A DNA stretch of 56,874 nt, filler included, from Jimgerdemannia flammicorona (lineage: Eukaryota), in the NCBI GenBank assembly GCA_003990765.1. It is 3 parts of 3 records of this genome, joined end to end, with 100 filler letters (N's around TTAATTAATTAA, not from the genome) between each part and the next. Parts side by side here need not be neighbours in the genome. Positions count along the whole stretch, not along the records: positions 37,990 to 56,874 come from RBNJ01002082.1; 2 more parts are not named here. The stretch is one strand, 5' to 3'. Below the pieces are notes generated by a model. It ran no database searches. It worked only from the letters and a program-made list of their open reading frames with translations, and was not told the DNA's origin. Below are positions 48,355-56,874 of this stretch, one piece after another. Position 1 is the first letter of the stretch. Each line of letters starts with the position of its first letter. Both the position numbers and the translations under genes were made by a program.

Positions 48355-51300
48355 GTAGCTGCTAAGTGGATTGTATCTGATAGATACTATCATACTCCTA
48401 TCAGGACCTTCCTCTACTACAGGTTAGTTGTTTACTATATCTCTACTATAACAAAATATAAGAACAAGCAAGCAGACCACCCATCTCCTACTGCTGATCA
48501 AGAAGCAGATTCATCTATTCAGCCAGAATCTGATATCCTCTTTGAAGGACCTAGTTAGTATAAGGATACACTATTTCATCAGGAAAGGGAGTCAGATGAA
48601 AACTCAGAAGGATACTAGTCTGACAATAGTTAACAAGAAACAGCAGGTCTAGGAATTTATCAAGAACCTATAGATCAAGAAGATCAGACCCCAGAACTAA
48701 TATATTATCTATACAGAGGTTTGGTTTACTCTCTCTCACAGGACTGTTTGATCTGATATCTGGAAATCAAGCAACTCCAAGTCATACAACACCACAACCT
48801 CACCAGGCAGAACAATCTTTAAGAGAATCTACCCTCATAGACCCATTACTAATAATTAATACAATAGTAGATATCAATATTATAGCTCTAACTATCTAGC
48901 TAGTCACACTAGCAGAGATAGTAGGATAAATTGCTGAATAGAACAAACCAACCAAGATCTTGAGAATTTCTACTTTTAGTGGAAAAAACAATGATATCAA
49001 AACTTTCATCAATATAGTTAATATAGGATACTGAGTAAACCAATGAAATAATAACTAAGTACCTACAGGAATACTCACCAATAACTAAGACAATACTCTT
49101 CAATAGTTATTTGTCACATCAGCAGTACAAGTGAAAACAGTAGCAATATTCTTTACTAGAATAGTAGCTGAGTTCTGATATATTTTGGAAGAATATCCAG
49201 TAATCTGGAAAGACTGCTCTCAAGTTAATGGATAGATAACTACCCATAACAGACTAGGTTAGAATAACTATATAGTAGGCCCAGAACTCAAGGCTCTACT
49301 ACTGACCAAATTCTGAAATACAGCTTATATATAAGAAACTTAGAACAAACTGACCCAGATAAAGTTCTACAAGAATAGTAAGAAGGACTTAGAAATCTTT
49401 GCTACTAGGATGGATATCTATCTCAAAACCATGAGACTTATCTACTAGGAAAACAATTTGGCCATCAATAGTACTAGAGCTAATTACCTCTTTATAGCCC
49501 TACTAGACTGGCTTACCTAGAAGATTAAAGAATAAGGTCTCTCCTAAGGATATCTCCACTACTTATAGTACTTTGCCCAAGTATAAAGAAGAGTCTATAA
49601 AATTCTTACTATATAGGTACTATAAAATCCAGAATACAAGAAGGATAACTAAGATAGAAGAAATCTCATCAGGAGGAATGATCAAAGAAATAATCAAAGG
49701 AATGACTAAAGAAACCAGCAAAACTCTAGAGAACCAAGACCCCCTACTGAGGATAAAAAGAAGTAGCTTTGTGAAAAAGGATTGTACTTTATTTACAAAA
49801 AGACAGAACACATCTCAGTCAGATACTCTGAAAAGAGAAACAGACCAGATAAATTCAATAATCAGAACATCACTATCATTAGAGAAGGCTCAGAAAAGAA
49901 GAATCTTGAGAATATTATCAAAGTGCAGAAAGTATAATATATGGCTATCATCTCTACTAAGACCCATCTCACTGATACAGGATATAATCTCTACAGTAGC
50001 CAAGATCTTACTATTCTACCATATACTAATACTATAGTGCAAACAGAGATTGCAATACAAGCTCCCAAAGAAATGTATATCTATCTTGCTGAGTGAAGTA
50101 GTCTAGTCAAAGAATTCAACATTGGGCTAGAAGGAAAAGTAGTTGACCAAGGATTTACTGGTGAAATCTGAATTATCTTATAAAATCTTAGAGACACCTC
50201 ATTTGAAGTCAAAGTAGGTCAAAGAATTGTCCAGACAATTATTGAAGAAATCTGTCAAGATCTTACTATTAAAGAGTCTCTAAACTCTCCCAGATAGACC
50301 ATAGCAAGAAAGAGTTTAGATCAATCAATAAACCCCCTAGTCAAAAGGTTACTATCATGAAGAAAGATGATAAAAACTAGTATAAGAGAATTGCAGATAG
50401 TTATGTACCATATAGATAATACTCTCATTCTATCTAAATATATTATATGAAATATATTTGTAAATATCATGCATACCTCTTTAAAGTTTTCAAAATTAAT
50501 TCTAAAAGACACCAAGCCTAACAAATTGAGAAATCTAAACAAGATTACTCTCTTTGTGAAGGATGGAAAGAGACTGACTTTGAGGAGACTGATAGCAACT
50601 GGGATAATGAAGATGAAGAACTCAATACTATCAAGAAGAAGGATAGCTATATCAAATTTACAGACCAAGTTCACAGACAGAATATTAATGTCTTACTTAA
50701 CAGTAGTACTACTGGAAACTATATCAGTACTAAGACTATCAAGAGAATTGGAGCCAGAAGCAGACCAGCTACCAAAAAAAGAAGTGTTATCTTTGATGAT
50801 AGCAAGACTACATCTTTGACCAAAATCTGTAAAGATCTATTACTAGGATTGGCAAATATCAAGAGAAGTTAGATTTCAGTATTGTGGATCTTTTAGAACA
50901 AAATATTATTCTAAGAAAAGCCTGTGACCCAGTATAACTCAGATATCAACTAGAGGACCAATGAGATTAATCTGATCTATAAAGATAGAAAGATCACTCT
51001 GATACCTCAGGAAGATATCAACCATCAAGGAATCAAAATTATCTCTACCATTCAAATGAAGAGACTCTCTTACAAAAAAGGAAATTTCTACTTCATCTGT
51101 ACTACATAAGAAGTCACTGAAGCTCTAAGTAGTCTAATCTTATTAGAAGCTCAAGAATTGTTTGAGGAATTCTAAGATATATTCTAGAATTCCCAAGAAC
51201 TTCCACCCAAGTACCAAATCCAATATGGAATTGATCTCATTCCAGATTCTGAACCTCCATACAAGAGTATCTACCAGCTGGCCCAACCTAAACTCAAGAT

Positions 51301-54288
51301 CCTTAAGAATGAGTTGACCAAACTATTGGCCCAAGGTTATATTGAACCCAGCTGCTCTCTATTTGGAGCCTCTATCATATTTATCAAGAAGAAGGATAGC
51401 TCTCTGCAAATGTGCATTGACTATAGAGCTCTCAATAAGATCACTATTAAGAACTAGTATGTCTTGCCTAAGATTAATGAGTTATTACACCAGATCTTTA
51501 AGGCCAAGACTTTTTCTCTACTGGACTTGTGAAATAGTTACTACTAGATTCTTATTGATGAGAAGAATATTGAGAAGACAGCTTTCTGAATATAGTTTGG
51601 ATACTATTAGTTCTGAGTCATGCCCTTTGATTTGACCAATATACTAGCAATATTTTAGTATCTAATGAATGATATCTTTGGACCACTGCTCAACATTTGT
51701 ATCCTTATGTATATTGATAATATATATACTAATCTATAGTGAAACAGTAGAGCTATACTATACCTCCCTCAGGCAGGTACTAACTCTTCTATAAGAACAC
51801 CAGCTCTATGCCAAGATGAACAAGTATAAGTTTTATCAAGACCAGATTGAGTATCTAGAATATATATACTACCCATAAGAAGGAACTCCTGGTCATTGTC
51901 ACTGCACTCTAGAAATAGTATTATTTTCTCCTAGGATAACCATTTGTGGCCTACACTGATCACTATACTCTGCAGTATATTTACATATAGCTTATGCTAA
52001 TCTACAGACAAGCCTATTGAATGAAAATTATTGCCAACTTTGATATGGAAATCAAGTATATTCTAGACAAAACCAACTATATAGCTGATGGTTTCTTCAG
52101 ATATATAGAAGACAAACTTATCTTCATAGTTAAGATAATTAGAAATCTTACTCAGATGATCAAGGATAACTACTAACAGAATAGTTCCCTAGTGAAATTC
52201 CTTAATTCTACTAAGACCCAGAGGCTGAGGTTTCAGAATCCATGAGGCAAATGTCCAAAAGATTCACTTACTATGATGGACTTATCTACAGAGACTATAA
52301 CAGAGTGGTTGTATCTAATAATAATACTCTGTAGCTCAAATCATGCAGAAACTCTATAAAACTTCTGCAGTAGGACATTTTGGTTTCAAGAAGACCTACA
52401 ACCTCCTCTCAAGAGAGTTCTATTGACCAAAGATGACTAAGAATATCAAATATTTCATAGTCTCATATAAGATATACTAAAGATTTAAAAGTAATAACAA
52501 GCTATCAGTAGGACTTCTGTAATCTCTGCCTATTCCAAGTTATAACTAGGATTAGATTGCAATAGACTTCATTGTCTAGCTCTCCAAGACTAAGACAGGA
52601 TAAGATACCATTATAGTATTTGTAGACTACCTAAGTAAATAAGCCCATTTTGTACCCACTAAGACCACTACTACAGTACTAGAGATTGCCAAGATCTTTC
52701 TCAACTAAGTATTTAGACTATATAATATATCTAGCACTATTGTATCTGACTGAGATATGAAGTTTACAAGTAACTTCTAAAAGGCATTCTTCTCTCTCTA
52801 TAGAACTAAGCTGAAGTTCTCTACTATCTACTATCTTCAGACTAATGGACAGACTGAGTGAACCAATAGGATCCTCAAGCAGATGCTCAGCATCTTCTGC
52901 TATTACAAGTAAAATAATTAGAATAAGTACTTAACTTATACCAAGTTTGCTTATAATAATAGCCAGCAAATCTCTATAAAGAAGACCCCATTCTTCCTGA
53001 ACTATGGTCAACACCCAAGGACCTAAGCACTATTGTAAAATTAGTAGTCCCAGTAGTCCAAGATCTAGTTGAGACTATTTCTGATCTTATGTAAATGATA
53101 AGAGATACTCTCATAGAAGTATAGAACTACTAGACTAAGTATGTAAACTTAAAGTAAAGAGAAGTCTCATATAATATTAGTAATATAGTTATACTTAGAA
53201 CAGATCATCTCTATTCAGATACTCTAGCACAACAACCAGTCAAGAAACTCTATGCTAGAGGACTATACAAGATTGTGGAAAAAGTCAGTAAAGTTAACTA
53301 TAAGTTGCAACTTCTCTATAATATTTAAGTATATCTAGTATTCTATATCAGTCAATTGGTGAACTACCATGAGAACCTATTCTCCAAACATATAGTTTCA
53401 CTACTATCCACAATTAGAATCAATGATTACAAGGAATTTGAAATTGAGGAAGTACTTGATCACAAGGTTTACAAATATATCAAAACAGTCAAGCAGTTTT
53501 TTCTTACTAAGTAGAAGAGTTATTCTACCTATGATACTACCTAGAAAAAAGAAAAAACTCTGAAAAATATATATAAGGCCCTCCAGGACTACATGGAAAT
53601 ACTCACTCTCTAGCAGAGAAAGGAACTGCAGCTCTAAATCTAGAGTATATAGTAAAGAAAGAAGATATTATATATTTATATGAGATATAAAATACTAAAT
53701 ATTACAGAAAAAAGGAATACTATAATTAATTAATAAGAGGATACTCAGATGAAGAATAACTCAGCAAGATGTAGCAAAATGTATTTGAATAACTCTGTTT
53801 CATATCATCTATAATATCTTTACTAAATAATGATAAATGCTTCATATAAAACTTAAAAAAGCCAACAATGTTGAAACCAATCTCAGTCTATCTATATGAC
53901 AGATATTGTTACTAGAAATTATCTCAGATTATAAAAAATACTATTTCTAAGAGGTTTGAACCCCCAGTCATGACAATGAGAGCTCTCACCTTAGACAAAG
54001 ATAGTTAGTTCTCACAAATATATGTACTTATAAGATAAAAAAAAAAAAAGAGTAAGATCTATCAACTCTGTATAACTATAACTACAATGTAGTGATATCT
54101 TTGAAATCAGAATTTTCTTATATAACTAATATATATCCTACTTACAGCAATAGGTCACACATTCTACTAAAAAATATAATTGAAATAAAGTCATACTGAA
54201 TAGGTGAATAAGTATAAATATTCAGGGCAAGAACATATTGCAATCTCTATCTCCCTCTCCTCTCTTCAAAGAAAAGACAAAACAAGAA

Positions 54289-54788
54289 TATGTATCTGCT
54301 ACCTACCACCAAACAGTCTACTATAGCTATCCCCTCCCAAGCCAGGTTGACCACCTCTTTGAATACATTCAGATTGCTATTTAAGGAAGAAACTGCTGTT
54401 CTGAGGTCCTCAACCTCATTAGCCAGGACCTAGAACATTATATCCTCAACTGCTATAAAGTTATCAAAAGAGCCTACCTTACTATCAGTTACCTAGAAAT
54501 CTGATATAAATATAAAATTAGCCATCAACTTCTTCAATGTGCAAATAGTCTACCTACTGACCAGATCTCAGACTGGACTAATCTGGATAAGTATAAGCAA
54601 AGACTAGCTAAGAAGGTCTATCAAATCATATACTATATACCTTTTGCAATCCTCAATCTTAACTATATATGACTGAAGGACTTTCAGAACCTCTCATTCT
54701 CTAAGATTGATGAACTAGAGATCAAGGTTGCCCAAGAAGCCAACTTCTAGATTACTTTCAAATTTACTAACTATAAACTCCACTAGAG
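54289..54788 (+). pseudogene. E5 copy of the accessory ORF, truncated by an insertion
   Basis: Colinear with 46226-46720. Confidence 0.8.
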
Positions 54789-55522
54789 TATAAGAGGGTT
54801 GCTTTTTAGGGTAACTATTACATAGTTCTGGAAGGGTTTTCTGGAAGTTCTGGATGTTCTGGAAGACTGTTTTCTTATGGTCAAGATCAATTTCATATGG
54901 AGTACATCCTCTATACTTATTGATTTCAAGATCGGGTTGATGTCTCAACCAAAGTCCTTTTTCAGACTAGTTCTAGATGTTCAGGATTTTCCGTATTTCA
55001 GAAAGTTCAAGAAACTAAGACCAGCTTAGTTGAATTGGTGTATCGCTACAGACAATACCCAATTAGGAAATTTTGTGACAGGGTTAGGAGTGGGACCTAA
55101 CAGGGAGCAGATTTACTTAAGAGTGGTTTGTGGGTTATTAAATAGGTTTATTCGCTATTTATGATATTGCTATACTAGGAGTAGTTGAATAAAGAGATAT
55201 TGTGGGAAAGTATTCAGGAATGTTCTTATGTGTTCGAGTGTTCAAGTCTGAGATTCTGAGGTCTGGGAGAGGGGGTATTTATACTAGTAAGAGGCTATCT
55301 GGACTATGCTAGATATGGATATAGCACTAAGTGTCTTGCTGAGTCAGAATGCAGTCACATAGTACAAGTGTGATCTGACATGTCAAGAGATCATCTGACT
55401 GCTGAGTCAGTTCACAGTCATATCATATAAGGCTAATCTAACTATACTATGACTGCTAGGCTATTTATAGGTTTAGACACTGTCTGGGTAGTCCTCGATG
55501 ACATCACCATTGATGACATCAT
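54789..55522 (-). repeat. 3' portion of an E3-family LTR, inverted
   Basis: Reverse complement of ~23062-23790. Confidence 0.92.
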
Positions 55523-55619
55523 TGCTGGCAAAGTCTGAGCAGTTTTCTAACTTCTAATATTATCAGTTTCAAAGGTGTTATCACTTCTATCTTTTGCAAG
55601 ATTAAGGCTATCCTTGGTG

Positions 55620-55914
55620 ATGGTGGTTGTACAAGGATAACAGGTCTTGGTTCTCTTTTTTTTTGGTCTGCTGGCACATTTGTGAGGACTGGCCATTCTT
55701 GTCTAGGGCGAGGGCTCTCAATGTCATGGCTGGGGGTTCGAACCTCTTGGAAATGATATTTTCTGTAATCCAAGGCAATTTCTAGTAGTAATATCTGTCA
55801 CATGGATGGCTTGAGATTGGTTTCAACATTGTTGGCTTTCTTGAGTTCAGATGAAGCATCTGTCACTCTCTAATAGAGGTGATACAGATAGAGCGAACAG
55901 AGTTGTTCAAATAC
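55620..55914 (-). repeat. Segment homologous to the E4/E5 post-integrase non-coding region
   Basis: Reverse complement aligns with ~45728-46020 and ~53780-54075. Confidence 0.85.
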
Positions 55915-56874
55915 CAAGCTGTGGTATGTGGCATATTACTTAGACTTTCCTGCTTGGGTAGTGAAGAGGCTGATGAAACTGGCTAGGAATTGAATTTGGG
56001 CAGGTAGAAGGGCCCAGATCAGTTGGGATACCCTTGTTGAGCCAGTGCTTAGGGGAGGCCTGGGCCTTGTGGATTTCCCCAAGCGTCTACACTACCTGCG
56101 AGCTTGGTGGTTGAAAAGGGCTGTTGATCTACAGGGTGGAGGTTGGGTGCCATTGATGAAGAAGGTGTGGGAGATGAGAGTCACTCCCCGGGGGTCCACA
56201 GGGGATCTACTCTCTTTGGTGGGTCTGAATGGAAGCCAACGGCTATGGTATAAGGGCTTCTGGTGGGGAGTGGTTGATGGGGCACACCGGATAGGCCTGC
56301 GCTGGCGTGGAAATGAGGGAGAAGAGGTATGGGGTCCTGCTATGTGGCAATGGGACTGCCTGCTTCTAGGGGGAGTACCACTAGCTGAGTTTGACATTGG
56401 AGATGGAGTAGAGTGTCAGTGGTGAATTGGCCAGGATCTTTGGCCAAGTAGCTGGCAGGCGGTGGGGATTGGTGAAGGGTGGGATTGGACAAGGATCTGG
56501 TCTTGGAGTACAGAGGTCCAGCGGTGGCTTCCTCCCAAGTTCTGGGTAGTGTGGTGGCGAATGTTGCAGAGGAATGTTATATTGAACTTCCATGCTGGGC
56601 ATCTGGTGGATGGGGGTCAGCTGGATTGTGAGGAGTGTTATAATGTTGGGCAGGTTGGGGGTTTTGTGCAAACGCCTGAACATTGGCTGGGGGAGTGTGA
56701 GGTTCTGGGTGACTTTTGGATTGCTGTAGGGGACCGCCTTAGGGTTGAAAGGAGACCAGATGGGGAGAGAGGTCGCTGGGAAGATCTGGAATCTAGACTT
56801 GTGGGAGGGGTTGGCAATCAGTGGCTTACTGTAGGTTGGATTGTGGCAGTGTGGGTGGGGTTGGCTGGACATTG
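55912..56874 (+). mobile_element. L1/Tx1-like LINE ORF2 C-terminal fragment, 5'-truncated, running off the window
   Basis: KLWYVAYYLDFP...IWAG...LVEPVLRGGLGLVDF...WLKR, followed by a Cys-containing region (WRMLQR...CEEC). Confidence 0.85.

Larger units (their letters stand above)
38513..54788 (+). mobile_element. E5: older, more mutated copy of the E4 family and host of E4
   Basis: LTR remnant ~38513-38656 plus PBS, then 47852-54788 colinear with E4 internal sequence. Internal deletion near 51868; truncated at 54788. Confidence 0.9.

Overview
This is a eukaryotic, most likely fungal (inferred), transposon graveyard made of three contigs joined by two 100-bp N/TTAATTAATTAA linkers. It holds five Ty3/Gypsy LTR retrotransposons from four families, all encoding a dUTPase. 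E1 is 538-8741 (-), E2 is 9871-16580 (+), E3 is 21721-37663 (+), and E4 is 38706-47851 (+), nested in an older same-family copy E5 (~38513-54788). There is also a young Ty1/Copia (25959-31244) inserted in E3's dUTPase, degenerate Copia and Tc1 relics, L1/Tx1-like LINE fragments, a probable hAT end, a foldback element and a CpG-rich island that may hold a host promoter and first exon. Repeats are heavily hit by C>T/G>A transitions. Main finding: all four Gypsy families, from two distinct RT lineages, carry a homologous accessory gene that I do not recognise (motif Y-x-[IL]G-x-x-L...[IL][AV]-x-[KR]-x-x-x-[LI][FM]...IP-x-L). It sits inside the LTR U3 (E1, E3) or just before the PPT (E2, E4, E5), and in E1, E4 and E5 has its own TATA box. 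All families also share a C-x-H-x12-C-x2-C module between protease and dUTPase, in mirror-image domain order between the two lineages. All homologies were judged by eye from manual translation; no database searches were run.
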